From positions 2,912,001 through 2,976,000 of the forward strand of contig OZ242320.1 in the NCBI GenBank assembly GCA_965208125.1: 64,000 bases of DNA, given 5' to 3'. The stretch is from Candidatus Latescibacterota bacterium. Lineage in GTDB: Bacteria > Latescibacterota > UBA2968. How positions within the stretch are numbered: the first letter of the stretch is position 1; the number at the start of each line of letters is the position of its first letter. Below are positions 1 through 9,936 of the stretch, one piece after another. The notes under the pieces are model-generated. The model was given only the letters and a program-made list of their open reading frames with translations. It was not told where the DNA came from and searched no databases. A program made the position numbers and the translations under genes.

Positions 1-565
1 TCCCCAGACGGTAATATCCCTCTGGAGCATCTGGCTGCACTTCAATATATCGCTTGCACAGTTCAATCAGTTCTTTCCCATAGTCGTAATCGTAGCGATT
101 GGCATACCAATCCATCAACTCCAGATAGGCTGGTGAATATGTCGAATCGATCTTCAAGACCCGTCTGAATGCCTTTTCTGCATCAGACTCTCGAAGCGCA
201 ACGTGCAACCGAGCCAGATCCATCGCAGCTTCTACATACCTGGGATTGACGCTCAGCGCCCGTCGAAAATACTCGGATGCTTTCCGTTTCGACCCTTGCG
301 GATCTCGCTGATACACCAGCCCCAGACCGTGATACGCTGCTGCCTTAGATGTCCCCCGAATGCCATTTTGAAATGCTTTTTTGGATTGCTTGAACACCCC
401 TTGATCCAGATATGCGTATCCGATCCGAACCCACAGGGCACCCTTCTCAGGATCTTTTTTTACCATCTCCAGCATTGCACTCAGAGAATCTACCTCATAG
501 GCTTTGACCGCATCGGGCACAAGCAGGGGGATTAATAGAACCATCAATTTGCAAATATGTTTCAT
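1..565 (-). CDS. Exported TPR protein, probable GWxTD-family paralog (5' part only, runs off window edge)
   Basis: Not in the ORF track. Manual translation from ATG 565: MKHICKLMVLLIPLLVPDAVKA-YEVDSL...AAYHGLGLVYQRD...YFRRALSVNPRYVEA...PEGYYRLG, open to the window edge; resembles the TPR region of 24236..26641. Confidence 0.85.
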   Translation of the reverse strand, partial: MKHICKLMVLLIPLLVPDAVKAYEVDSLSAMLEMVKKDPEKGALWVRIGYAYLDQGVFKQSKKAFQNGIRGTSKAAAYHGLGLVYQRDPQGSKRKASEYFRRALSVNPRYVEAAMDLARLHVALRESDAEKAFRRVLKIDSTYSPAYLELMDWYANRYDYDYGKELIELCKRYIEVQPDAPEGYYRLG

Positions 566-741
566 TGGAGATAACCAGGATTTTCCCAAGAACATCAGGA
601 CAAACAATAAATAACCGAATTTGCCATCGCTGGTTCAGGACAACTTCTCGAAGCGGCCAGGGATCACAAATATTGTAGAATTAAAAGCATTTGGAACTAC
701 GCGGGATACTTGAATATCTGCTATTCTCTTCGCTTTTTATA

Positions 742-757
742 TGCAAAATACGTGCCA
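742..757 (-). promoter_or_regulatory. Sigma54 (-24/-12) promoter
   Basis: Minus strand reads TGGCACG-TATT-TTGCA, matching the TGGCACG-N4-TTGCW consensus; points toward the ATG at 565. Confidence 0.8.
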
Positions 758-863
758 TAAATTCGTTCAAAATAAAAGAAAGCACTCAAAGACGCTCAAA
801 TGGTTGAAAAACAGAGGGATAAAATTTTTATGTTTTAAATATTAGAAGTCATAATTTTTTGTG

Positions 864-887
864 AAATGTATAATTTTTTATACATTT
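864..887. promoter_or_regulatory. Palindromic site, candidate upstream activator sequence for a sigma54 enhancer-binding protein
   Basis: AAATGTATAA-TTTT-TTATACATTT, perfect 10-bp inverted repeat (TGT-N12-ACA core) about 110-130 bp upstream of the -24 element. Confidence 0.55.
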
Positions 888-1040
888 GTCAAAAAGAACC
901 CGCGACAAAATTATACACTTTAGAAACTGTTTTAATGAATAGTGGAGATTATCGCTGGATACAAAAAATCGTCTGTCTGCGACTTCTCGACAAGTGTCCG
1001 ATTTTGATACAGTGGTATCCGGAAATGAACACCAGGCAAG

Positions 1041-1079
1041 AAAAAACAGGCGCGTTGAAGTCAAAACAACGCGCCTGTT
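1041..1079 (-). terminator. Intrinsic-terminator-like hairpin
   Basis: 13-bp perfect inverted repeat AACAGGCGCGTTG-N9-CAACGCGCCTGTT, running into a T tract on the minus strand. Confidence 0.5.
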
Positions 1080-1287
1080 GGTTTTGCAAAGTGACAATAA
1101 AAATGATAATTTTTCATTGTGTCGTGTTCACAAGAGATGTGATCCTTCGCAAGGCGTTTATAAAGTATAACAAAAAACCAAAATAGAATCGCTGTTTTTT
1201 CGCGCTGGTCTCTCTTCAGGTAAGGCAGTAATTGCATTTTTTGCATACACGCCTTAGATTGTGGATTGAACTGTTCAGGAGCTTTTC

Positions 1288-3306
1288 ATGCGCGTCATTA
1301 TTTTATTTTTGATTTTGCTAATGCCTCTATCGGTTCACAGTCGCCCGGTGGTCGCGGTTTTGCCTTTTGAAGAGGCGAATACCGGTTGGCTCTCGGAGGG
1401 TATGGCCTGGAGTTTGTCGGATAAGCTCCGCCGCGTGTCGGCACTGCAAATGGTCGATTCTGATCGGCTGAATGCCGCTCTGTCTAAATATCAGACGCCT
1501 GTGCAAATTGGCCAGTCGGCAGGTGCAACACTGGTTCTGTACGGTGCCTGTAGGCTGCAGAAAGACCAGCTTCAAATTTCCGCCCGCGTTTTGCGGGTTG
1601 ATACCGATGATATTCTGGAACTGGGCGAGGTGGGAGGTCCGCTCGATTCCCTGTTTGCCCTGCAGGATAGCGTGATTCGCCACTTCCTGGACGGTGTTGC
1701 TCTCAGTGCTACCGATATCGAATGGGAGGCGATTCTTCGCAGACCCACCCGTTCGGTTCAGGCTTATGCCCACTGGGTGCGCGCCCGGAGTATGCTGACT
1801 GGCAATGCCGAGGATCCGGATGTTGTGCGCGATCATCTCGACCGCGCCCTTGCCGAGGATGCCGATTATGCCGATGCCCACAGCCACCTGGGTTTGCTCT
1901 TTGTCGCGCAACGTCGGTTCAAAGAGGCGCTCGGTGCCTTGCAAACCGCTGTTCGCCTCAAGCCGGATGATCCACTGACTCGCTACAATCTGGGTGTGGC
2001 TTACGCCAGTTTGGGGCAGCCTGATCACGCGGCTATTGCGTTTCGAGATGCGATCCGTCTCAAGCCCGATGATCCCATTACCCACTACAATCTGGGTATT
2101 CTACACCATCTTCAGGGCAATCACGAGGCTGCTATTGCGCCTTTGCACACGGCGGTTCGTCTCAAGCCCGATTTTGCGGTTGCTTATCTGACGCTGGGCA
2201 TTGCCCTGGCCAATACGCAATCCCTCACCCGCGCAGAAGACGCACTGAAAGAGGCGATTCGCCAATCTCCCGAAAATGCCGATGCCCACTACAATCTGGG
2301 CGTTGTCTATATCGAGATGGGGCATCGCGATCAGGCGACCGAAGTTTTAGAGCGAGCCATCTCGCACAATCCAGAGCATGCCGATGCCCATTTTAACCTG
2401 GGGCGCGCTTATGAGGCACTGGGGCGCTATGATGAAGCGGTCGCTGCCTTCAAACAGGCGGCTCAATTCAATCCCGATTATGCCGATTTGCACTTTAACC
2501 TGGGCATTGCCCATACTGAGGCTGGGCGTTTTGAGGAGGCTATTCGCACGCTGCACACTGCCCGCCGGATCTATCCGCAAGATCCGCTCATCTATCACAA
2601 TATGGGTATTGCCTATCGAAATGCCGGGCGTTTTGAAGAGGCGGAAAATGCTTTTCGAGAGGCGCTGCGTCTCAATCCCCATCTGGCTGATATTCACTTA
2701 TCTCTGGGCAGTCTGCAACTGGATGTGGGGCGCTATGAGCAGGGTCTTTCATCCATTCGGGAGGCTGTGCGCCTGACGCCCAAAAATGCCGATGCCCACC
2801 GCTATCTGGGCGAGGCTCTGGCTTATTTGAAACAGTATGCGGATGCGATTCAGGCTTTCCGAAAAGCCATTGAGTTCAAACGCGACGATGGAGACGCGCA
2901 TCTCGGTCTGGGCATGGTTTATTTACATACCGGGCAAAAAACCGCGGCTGTATCTGCTCTCAAAACGGGTCTTCGACTCAGTCCCGGACACCCCGATTCT
3001 CTGGCTATTGCCCGCGAGATTGCGCGGTTGCAGAAGCAGCCTGAGCAGGTCAGTACCTATCTGAACCGCGCCCGCGCTTTTGAGGATGCCGGGCTTTTGG
3101 ACGAAGCGATTGATACCTATCGCAAAGCCGCCAGTCTCAGTCCCGAGAATGCCGATATTCAGCACGCCCTCGGCCTGGCATGCCTGCGGGCGAATCGTCC
3201 GGAAGACGCGCTGCCCGCTTTTCGGAAGGTTCTCAGGCTTCGTCCGGATCATCCCGATGCAAATCTCATCCGTGATTTTATCCGCCGCATGGAAGAGGGG
3301 CAATGA
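1288..3306 (+). CDS. Exported TPR-repeat protein with N-terminal TolB-N/FlgO-like domain
   Basis: Signal peptide; VAVLPFEE...LQISARVLRVDT domain; many 34-aa TPRs (A-H-Y/F-NLG...A...P); GGAG RBS. Confidence 0.9.
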   Translation: MRVIILFLILLMPLSVHSRPVVAVLPFEEANTGWLSEGMAWSLSDKLRRVSALQMVDSDRLNAALSKYQTPVQIGQSAGATLVLYGACRLQKDQLQISARVLRVDTDDILELGEVGGPLDSLFALQDSVIRHFLDGVALSATDIEWEAILRRPTRSVQAYAHWVRARSMLTGNAEDPDVVRDHLDRALAEDADYADAHSHLGLLFVAQRRFKEALGALQTAVRLKPDDPLTRYNLGVAYASLGQPDHAAIAFRDAIRLKPDDPITHYNLGILHHLQGNHEAAIAPLHTAVRLKPDFAVAYLTLGIALANTQSLTRAEDALKEAIRQSPENADAHYNLGVVYIEMGHRDQATEVLERAISHNPEHADAHFNLGRAYEALGRYDEAVAAFKQAAQFNPDYADLHFNLGIAHTEAGRFEEAIRTLHTARRIYPQDPLIYHNMGIAYRNAGRFEEAENAFREALRLNPHLADIHLSLGSLQLDVGRYEQGLSSIREAVRLTPKNADAHRYLGEALAYLKQYADAIQAFRKAIEFKRDDGDAHLGLGMVYLHTGQKTAAVSALKTGLRLSPGHPDSLAIAREIARLQKQPEQVSTYLNRARAFEDAGLLDEAIDTYRKAASLSPENADIQHALGLACLRANRPEDALPAFRKVLRLRPDHPDANLIRDFIRRMEEGQ

Positions 3307-4919
3307 CCATGATTCGCGTTGCGTTGTTCCTGTTCCTGTTTTGCGCGCCCCATTCTGTTGCCGCCGGTACTATCCGTTTTACTGAAATAGCGGAGAAGGC
3401 GGGTGTCCATTTTGTCCACAGTACCGGAGCCAGGGGCGGATGGCACTATATTGAGACGATGGGTTCTGGCTGTGCCCTTTTCGACGCGGACGGCGATGGG
3501 GATCTGGATCTCTATCTTGTCAATGGTGCCAATCTGCCCGGGCAACCGGTTCAGGGTAGCAATGCGCTGTATCGCAATGATACGGATGAAACGATTCGCT
3601 TTACTGATATTACCGAATCTTCAGGTGCGCTCGGGCGAGGCTATGGCATGGGCTGTACTGTGGGCGATATAGACAATGACGGCGACCTGGACCTTTATGT
3701 TACTGGCTATCCCGAAAATATTCTGTATGTGAACAATGGCGATGCCACTTTCAAAGACGCTTCCCGGCAGGCGAATGTAGCCGCAGGCGGATGGAGCGCG
3801 GGGGCGGCTTTTTTCGATTTTGAAGCCGATGGGGATCTGGATCTCTATGTGGTGCGCTATCTCGCGTACGATCCCGCCCGAGAGCCGGTGTGTGAACGCA
3901 GTGGTGTGCGGACCTATTGCGCGCCGTACCGGTTTCGAGGTGCTCCCGATTTGTTGTACCTGAATAATGGCGACGGCACATTTGAAGATATTTCTCAGCG
4001 GGCCGGAATCGCCGATCCTAGGGGCAAAGGTCTGGGCGTGCTCACGCTGGATTACGACCGGGATGGCGATACCGATCTCTATATCGCCAATGATACGACG
4101 CCCAATTTTCTCTACCGAAACGATGGCGACCGCTTTACTGAAGTCGGTCACAAAGCGGGTGTGAGCACAAGTGCTTCGGGCCGTCCACAGGCTGGCATGG
4201 GCGTGGATGCTGGCGATGTGGATGGCGATGGGCGTATCGATCTCATTGTTACCAATTTTTCCTATGAGTCAAATGCTTTTTATCACCACGCAGAACTGGG
4301 TGTTTTTGCCGAGGCCAGTGCCCGCATGGGTCTTGTGGGACCGAGTACTCTTCCCCTGGGCTTTGGCACGCATCTCTTCGACGCGGATAGCGATGGCGAT
4401 CTGGATCTTTTTGTCGCCAATGGTCATATTTTTCCCAATGTATCGGATTTTTCTTCTGCCGAGTCCTACCCTCAGACCGATCAGTTTTTCCGCAATACCG
4501 CAGGTGTTTTTGAAGACGTTTCCAAATCAGCGGGTTTCACCTCGCCTGCTGTCAGCCGGGGTTCGGCACTGGGCGATATAGATACCGACGGTGATCTGGA
4601 TCTGGTTGTGCTCGTCGCCGATGCCCGTCCGCATCTCTACAGGAATGATACCTCGCCTGCCTATCCATGGGTTATTGTTGAGCTAAAGGGCGCGAATCGC
4701 AGTGCGATTGGTGCTCGCGTCACCCTTACCGCAGGTGGCCGTACCCAATCTCGAGAGGTGCGAAGCCAATCCGGATATCTCTCTTCGGGGGATTCGCGCC
4801 TCCACTTCGGGCTGGGCGATGCCAAACAGATTGACCGTCTGGATATCTGGTGGCCCTCTGGACGCACCCAAACTCTGAGCAATCTGTCTCCGAATCAGAT
4901 TCTGGTCATTGAAGAATAG
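3303..4919 (+). CDS. CRTAC1-family protein (FG-GAP/VCBS repeats plus ASPIC/UnbV domain)
   Basis: Repeated DxDxDGDLDLY motifs, NxLYRN motifs, C-terminal AIGARV...SGYLSS...LHFGLG...IWWPSG; ATGA overlap with the upstream gene. Confidence 0.92.
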   Translation: MTMIRVALFLFLFCAPHSVAAGTIRFTEIAEKAGVHFVHSTGARGGWHYIETMGSGCALFDADGDGDLDLYLVNGANLPGQPVQGSNALYRNDTDETIRFTDITESSGALGRGYGMGCTVGDIDNDGDLDLYVTGYPENILYVNNGDATFKDASRQANVAAGGWSAGAAFFDFEADGDLDLYVVRYLAYDPAREPVCERSGVRTYCAPYRFRGAPDLLYLNNGDGTFEDISQRAGIADPRGKGLGVLTLDYDRDGDTDLYIANDTTPNFLYRNDGDRFTEVGHKAGVSTSASGRPQAGMGVDAGDVDGDGRIDLIVTNFSYESNAFYHHAELGVFAEASARMGLVGPSTLPLGFGTHLFDADSDGDLDLFVANGHIFPNVSDFSSAESYPQTDQFFRNTAGVFEDVSKSAGFTSPAVSRGSALGDIDTDGDLDLVVLVADARPHLYRNDTSPAYPWVIVELKGANRSAIGARVTLTAGGRTQSREVRSQSGYLSSGDSRLHFGLGDAKQIDRLDIWWPSGRTQTLSNLSPNQILVIEE

Positions 4920-4921
4920 GC

Positions 4922-6889
4922 TTACCACCCGTGTACAAAGTGTCCACTTCCGGGAAACCAGATCGCATCTACGACACTCGATACGCCCACGCCCAACAGG
5001 TATCCCACTACTATTCCATAGGAAAATGGCATCGATCGCCGGTAAAGTCCTACGCCTCCAAATTTGAGGGTCAGTGCTTTGACGAGCCATACGAGAAAGA
5101 TAGCGAATCCGTATGTATGGCTCGGGAAGGCGAGTCCCACCGGGTGAATCGGCCAGGAAGCGAACCTGGTATTCAGCAATGTCAGCAGTCCCGCTTCTCC
5201 GACCCCGAATAGCCAGACCAGCAGTTTCTGAAAATCAAAATATGTGGGTTCTGTCCCCTCAATTATGCCTACCTGCCTCAGCATTACGGTCCAATCGTAC
5301 ATGTAGGCTGCGTTCAGGCCGCCTTCCGTATAACACAAATAAAGCTGGGCACCGCAGGCTACGGCAAAGGCGGCGAGCAGAGAGATGGGCAGAGCACATA
5401 CCACCAGAAAACGGCGCTTCAGGGCTTGTTGCAATAGCCGAAAAAAATGTGGAATGGCCGGTATCGACAGCATTCGACCCGAATGCGCGGCCAGTCCGCC
5501 GCGGTTTAATACCATTATTCCCGTCAGGTCAGAGGGAGAAAAATTGGCTGTTCCGAGAAGCGTCTTTAGTATCGGCCCTCCTTTTTGCCCCTGGGGAGAT
5601 AGAAATACGAATCCCGTGGCTGCCGCGTATTTGGTCACGCCAAAGTAGATCACGAAAAACAGTGAAAGCTGTAGCAGAGCCGCGACGGGTCTCATGTCCA
5701 GAGATATCATCCAGCCTGTGAGAAATGCAAATGCCGCGCTGAATCCCAGCCAGGCCGTGCGGTAGGTCACGGGCGTTCCATCGTCTTTGCTCCGGTCGTC
5801 TGATAATGCCTTTTGCAGGGTTTCTTTTAGATGTCCTCTGGCTACCCAGACCGACCAGACCACGAGAAATACCAGTGCGCCGTGCGCCTCCAGCATCCGA
5901 ATTTCTCCCGAGGTTGCCGCCTGCCCCTGCATGCCCACTGTAAATCCCGTTCGATCCATCAGTGCTTGTTTGAAAATATTGAGCACAAAAAAGGTCCACA
6001 CGCTCAGCAGTATATTTAGCGGACACAGGTAGGCCAGTCCCATCAAAAGGGGCTGAATCCTCAGGTATAAGGTCGGAAAATCGCGCCCGATATGCACGGC
6101 TTTGGTCAAGTAGTGATCGTAGATCCCAATGCGCGGAATTGTGAGAATAAAATATCCGGCAATATTCCAGAAAATTACGCCGGCTGTACACGCAAAACCC
6201 ATCCAGAAAACGGGCGTTCGGAACACGATGGGCAATCGGTGTGAGGGGTCTTCCCGAAGGAGTTCCAGGGGCATTGTCGCCAGGGGAAACGTCAGCCGTT
6301 CTCGTTCTACCCACTGTTTGTAAAATAACACACTTGCAAAAAAGCCAGCCATTACCAGTGCTACAGTTCCGGCAAACCACCAGAACAGCGGGGTTAGCCA
6401 GTTGCGCCACGGAATCGATTCCTCTGATCCCAGCCCCACGTACAGCTTTTCTACTACCATATCTCCCGGCTCAAAAAACAGCCAGCGGGGCATATAGGCT
6501 CCCACGACCTCCCAAAATCGGTTTTCCGGTGAAGAAAAAGCGGATGGTGCCGAAATATCTGTGATCAAGTACCCGGCCCAGCCCACTGCCGGTGCAGTAC
6601 CTACCATCCAGACCATTCCAAAAATCACCATTACCTCTGTGCGCGACAGGGCAAAGCGAGGCAAAATTAGCTTTAATACTGTGTTGATCCCCACCCACAA
6701 TACCAGTGGCAGCAACGCGGTAACGGGCACGAAGCTTTTCATCAGATTTCGCCCGAAGTAGGTCGCGTACAAACACATGCCCGCAATTGTGATCAGCCCC
6801 AGTACAAAAGCCCGAATGGTGAGCGATTCAGATGCTGTTGATGCTTTTCTTTTAGGTTCCGGTGCCGAAGCCATATTCGCAAACCCCAT
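4922..6889 (-). CDS. DUF6785/DUF6784-type polytopic membrane protein (putative transporter)
   Basis: Many TM helices, QWVERERLTFPL and WPIHPVG motifs, KFGGVGLYRR near the C-terminus; paralog of 50385..52355. Confidence 0.8.
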   Translation of the reverse strand: MGFANMASAPEPKRKASTASESLTIRAFVLGLITIAGMCLYATYFGRNLMKSFVPVTALLPLVLWVGINTVLKLILPRFALSRTEVMVIFGMVWMVGTAPAVGWAGYLITDISAPSAFSSPENRFWEVVGAYMPRWLFFEPGDMVVEKLYVGLGSEESIPWRNWLTPLFWWFAGTVALVMAGFFASVLFYKQWVERERLTFPLATMPLELLREDPSHRLPIVFRTPVFWMGFACTAGVIFWNIAGYFILTIPRIGIYDHYLTKAVHIGRDFPTLYLRIQPLLMGLAYLCPLNILLSVWTFFVLNIFKQALMDRTGFTVGMQGQAATSGEIRMLEAHGALVFLVVWSVWVARGHLKETLQKALSDDRSKDDGTPVTYRTAWLGFSAAFAFLTGWMISLDMRPVAALLQLSLFFVIYFGVTKYAAATGFVFLSPQGQKGGPILKTLLGTANFSPSDLTGIMVLNRGGLAAHSGRMLSIPAIPHFFRLLQQALKRRFLVVCALPISLLAAFAVACGAQLYLCYTEGGLNAAYMYDWTVMLRQVGIIEGTEPTYFDFQKLLVWLFGVGEAGLLTLLNTRFASWPIHPVGLAFPSHTYGFAIFLVWLVKALTLKFGGVGLYRRSMPFSYGIVVGYLLGVGVSSVVDAIWFPGSGHFVHGW

Positions 6890-6892
6890 CTC

Positions 6893-9271
6893 TCAGGGCA
6901 TGGGTTCTGTGATATTCACAATTTGTCCTGCGGGCAGATTTTCTGCGACCTGCACTGTTCCGCTGGGCCAGATCACTTTCAGGCGCGTTGCGCGGTCGGC
7001 ATCTCCCAGGCCAAAATGGATCGCATAGGGGTCGGTTGATCCGAATCCGACGCTTCCGGGTACCTCCCGGAACAGGGTGCGGTTTCCCACTGTCAGGCGC
7101 AATTTTGCGCCCACGCCAAAACGATTGCTTTGCTGTCCTTGAAGTGTGATCTGTAACCAGCGATTCTGATTTTCCGACTCGTTGCGGTAAAGTGCATTTT
7201 CGAATAGGTCTCCGTGGTACCATCCGCCTTGCGGTGCATAGACATCCAGGTCGCCGTCTGCGTCGTAATCGGCAAATGTGATGCCGTGTCCTTTGCCCAG
7301 GTGTCCCATTCCCGCGTATTTGGTCAGATCTGTGAATGTCCCGTTCCCATTGTTGCGATAAAACCGGTTTGGTTCCAGGCGTCCCAGGTCCGGATCGCCC
7401 GTCCCGAAGTACACGTCCAGGTACCCGTCGTTATCTATATCTCCCACATTGCCGCCCATTACGCCGTGTGCGTAGATGAATCCCGCTTCGTAGGATACAT
7501 CTGTGAAGCGCCAGCCTTCGGCCTGGCCCTCGTTGCGGTATAGCTTGGGCGTTGGATAGGCCGGGTCGGTGGGCGCGGTATAGCCGATCCGCTGTCCCTC
7601 TAAGCTCTCTTTGAATCCGGCAAGGCAGGTGGTCAGGATGTCCAGGTCGCCGTCGTTGTCGTAGTCGAAGAAGAACGATACATAGCCCCGAAGCGTGCCG
7701 CTTCCGGCGACGTTGGAGGCTTGCGCCACATCGACAAATGTGCCGTCTCCGCGATTTCGATATAGGGCATTGGGCGTCTCGAAGCCGGTTACAAAGAGGT
7801 CCAGGTCGCCGTCTAAGTCATAATCGCCAAAGGCTGCGCCTACCGTGCCCAGGTCAAAATGAAGGCCCGCTTCGTCTGTGGTTTCGACAAAGGTTCCGTT
7901 TCCATTGTTGCGGTAGTGCGCGTTTGAGGATCCGTCCCCGGCAATGCCATTTGCGATAAATAAATCCAGGTCGCCATCGTTGTCCGTATCGCCCCACAGG
8001 GAGACAAATCCCGATCCCCCGTCATTTGTGCCCGAAGCTGCAGATACATCGGTAAATTGGCCGCCGTCATTGCGGTAGAGTGCGTTTGGCCCGGGCCCGG
8101 ACCACCCGCTGCGGGTGATGTAGAGGTCCAGGTCGCCATCGTTGTCATAATCGACGAGATTTCCCGAAAATCCCGAATCCACGTCTTTCAGGCCGATCTG
8201 GTTGCTGATATCCACAAATCGCGTTCCATCGTTGCGGTAAAATGCGAGGTACGTGTCGCATCCCTGCGCCAGCAGATCCAGGTCGCCATCGCCGTCGATG
8301 TCTCCCCAGGCACTTGGCCCGGCTCCGTCCAATTTGGCTACGCCCAGGTCGCGGGCTACATCTGTAAAGCGCACGGGCAGGGGTGTGTCTGTGGATTCGG
8401 GGCGCTGGTCGAAGCGATAATAGGACCACAACGACCAGGGATAACCGCCGAATTTGTCATAGGCTTGTTTCAGATTCCACTGGGTGCGGAAAAACCATTC
8501 GTCTGTTTCGGGCAGGGCGCGCAGCAAATTTAAGAATGTTTCGGCTGATTTTCGATACTGTCCCGCGCGGTAATAGGCCACGCCCAGCCGATCCGGTACG
8601 CGCAGGTCCAGGCGGTCCTTTTGCATTTGCATCGCTACTTTCAAGCGTTCAATTGCCGCTTCGTAATCCCCCATTCTCAGAAGGGCGAGGCCAGCCAGAT
8701 AGCGCGCTTCTGCATCGTTTATGGCGTTATCGGATAATTTATCGGCGTGGTGAAACGCGCGTTCCAGTAAGATTCGGGAATCGTTCAGGGGCAGGATTTG
8801 TCCGCTGCTTCCCATTTTCTGATTTTCAAACCAGATGGTTTCTCCGCCCAGCAAATAGGTGACGTATTCTTTTCGCACGTCCAGCATGAGGGGTTGTCTC
8901 ACAAGAGCTGCTTCAAATTGCGCTGCTGCTCGGGCGGGTTCCCGCTGTGATCGGTAAAGCCGCGCGAGCCATGTTCGCGCTTCGACTGCATCCGGATTGC
9001 GGGCTACTGCTCGCTCAAACGTGGTTATTGCTTCGGGGCGGTTTTGAATTGCGAGTATTTTGCCCAGGTGGAGATAGGCCGCGCTTTGCGTCGAGTCGAT
9101 TTGAATACATCGGCGGAACTCGGCTTCGGCAGCTTCGTGCTGCGCCCGCCGCATGCTTTCTATTCCCTGCTGGAGATGCGTGGTATAATCCATCCGCATG
9201 CCCGGAGAAGGTGCTTTTTGTTCACTGCATCCGATTGACAGGACAATCAGTAACAGAAGGAGTACAATCAT
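6893..9271 (-). CDS. Lipoprotein with TPR repeats fused to CRTAC1-type FG-GAP and ASPIC/UnbV domains
   Basis: Lipobox LSIGC, TPR segment, several GDxDxDGDLD repeats, IHFGLG...VIWPSG. Start placed at MIVLLL (9271), just after the ATPase stop; ORF track start is 9289. Confidence 0.88.
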   Translation of the reverse strand: MIVLLLLLIVLSIGCSEQKAPSPGMRMDYTTHLQQGIESMRRAQHEAAEAEFRRCIQIDSTQSAAYLHLGKILAIQNRPEAITTFERAVARNPDAVEARTWLARLYRSQREPARAAAQFEAALVRQPLMLDVRKEYVTYLLGGETIWFENQKMGSSGQILPLNDSRILLERAFHHADKLSDNAINDAEARYLAGLALLRMGDYEAAIERLKVAMQMQKDRLDLRVPDRLGVAYYRAGQYRKSAETFLNLLRALPETDEWFFRTQWNLKQAYDKFGGYPWSLWSYYRFDQRPESTDTPLPVRFTDVARDLGVAKLDGAGPSAWGDIDGDGDLDLLAQGCDTYLAFYRNDGTRFVDISNQIGLKDVDSGFSGNLVDYDNDGDLDLYITRSGWSGPGPNALYRNDGGQFTDVSAASGTNDGGSGFVSLWGDTDNDGDLDLFIANGIAGDGSSNAHYRNNGNGTFVETTDEAGLHFDLGTVGAAFGDYDLDGDLDLFVTGFETPNALYRNRGDGTFVDVAQASNVAGSGTLRGYVSFFFDYDNDGDLDILTTCLAGFKESLEGQRIGYTAPTDPAYPTPKLYRNEGQAEGWRFTDVSYEAGFIYAHGVMGGNVGDIDNDGYLDVYFGTGDPDLGRLEPNRFYRNNGNGTFTDLTKYAGMGHLGKGHGITFADYDADGDLDVYAPQGGWYHGDLFENALYRNESENQNRWLQITLQGQQSNRFGVGAKLRLTVGNRTLFREVPGSVGFGSTDPYAIHFGLGDADRATRLKVIWPSGTVQVAENLPAGQIVNITEPMP

Positions 9272-9272
9272 G

Positions 9273-9935
9273 TCAGACCACCCGTCCATCTGCGAGTTTT
9301 ATCTGTCGATCTGCTCGATTTGCCAGATTCTGGTTGTGCGTGGATAGCACGATTGTCACTCCTTCGGTGTGGTTCATATCCCGCAACAATGCCACAATCT
9401 CATTCCCCCGTTTTGAATCCAGGTTGCCAGTTGGTTCGTCTGCGAGCAAGATCTCGGGGTTGTTTACGAGTGCGCGTACAATGGCTACCCGTTGCTGTTC
9501 GCCTCCCGATAGTTCTCGAGGCAGGTGATCTGATCGGTGCTGCAAATCCACGCGTGTCAGCAAGTCTCTTACCCGATTGTGGTGATGCAGTGCACGGGAA
9601 AAGAGGAGGGGGAGTGCCACATTTTCTTCGACGGTCAATGTGGGGACCAGGCAATAGTCTTGAAATACGAATCCCACGTGTTGCCGACGCATGGTTTCCA
9701 GGTCTTTGCCGCGCAAAGTACTCACGTCTCGATCCAGTAATTTCAAAAGGCCCGATGTGGGCCGGTCCAGACAGCCCAGAAGGTTCAACAGGGTTGTTTT
9801 TCCCGCGCCCGACGCGCCTGTGATGGCTACAAACTCGCCGGGTTCTACGATCAGATCTACACCGAATAATGCTGCGATTTCTTCGGCTGAACGGCGGTAT
9901 ATGCGGGTGAGGCCCTGTGCGAGAATAGCCGACAT
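9273..9935 (-). CDS. ABC transporter ATP-binding protein (LolD/MacB type)
   Basis: Walker A GASGAGKT, signature LSGGEQQR, LLADEPTGNLD; start at MSAIL, adjacent to the permease stop. Confidence 0.95.
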   Translation of the reverse strand: MSAILAQGLTRIYRRSAEEIAALFGVDLIVEPGEFVAITGASGAGKTTLLNLLGCLDRPTSGLLKLLDRDVSTLRGKDLETMRRQHVGFVFQDYCLVPTLTVEENVALPLLFSRALHHHNRVRDLLTRVDLQHRSDHLPRELSGGEQQRVAIVRALVNNPEILLADEPTGNLDSKRGNEIVALLRDMNHTEGVTIVLSTHNQNLANRADRQIKLADGRVV

Positions 9936-9936
9936 T

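Noticed and set aside
866-1186. 106-aa ORF (and 849..1097, 1061..1246) in the first intergenic region
   Set aside because: AT-rich, no RBS, no recognisable motif, and it overlaps regulatory palindromes.
1900-2900. Approximately 102-bp periodic DNA similarity (e.g. CTCAAGCCnGATGATCC...TACAATCTGGG)
   Set aside because: Explained by in-frame 34-aa TPR repeats; not a CRISPR array or non-coding repeat.
3480-8310. Recurrent GGCGAyCTGGA / TCCAGGTCGCC sequences
   Set aside because: They encode the DGDLD Ca-binding motifs of FG-GAP repeats.
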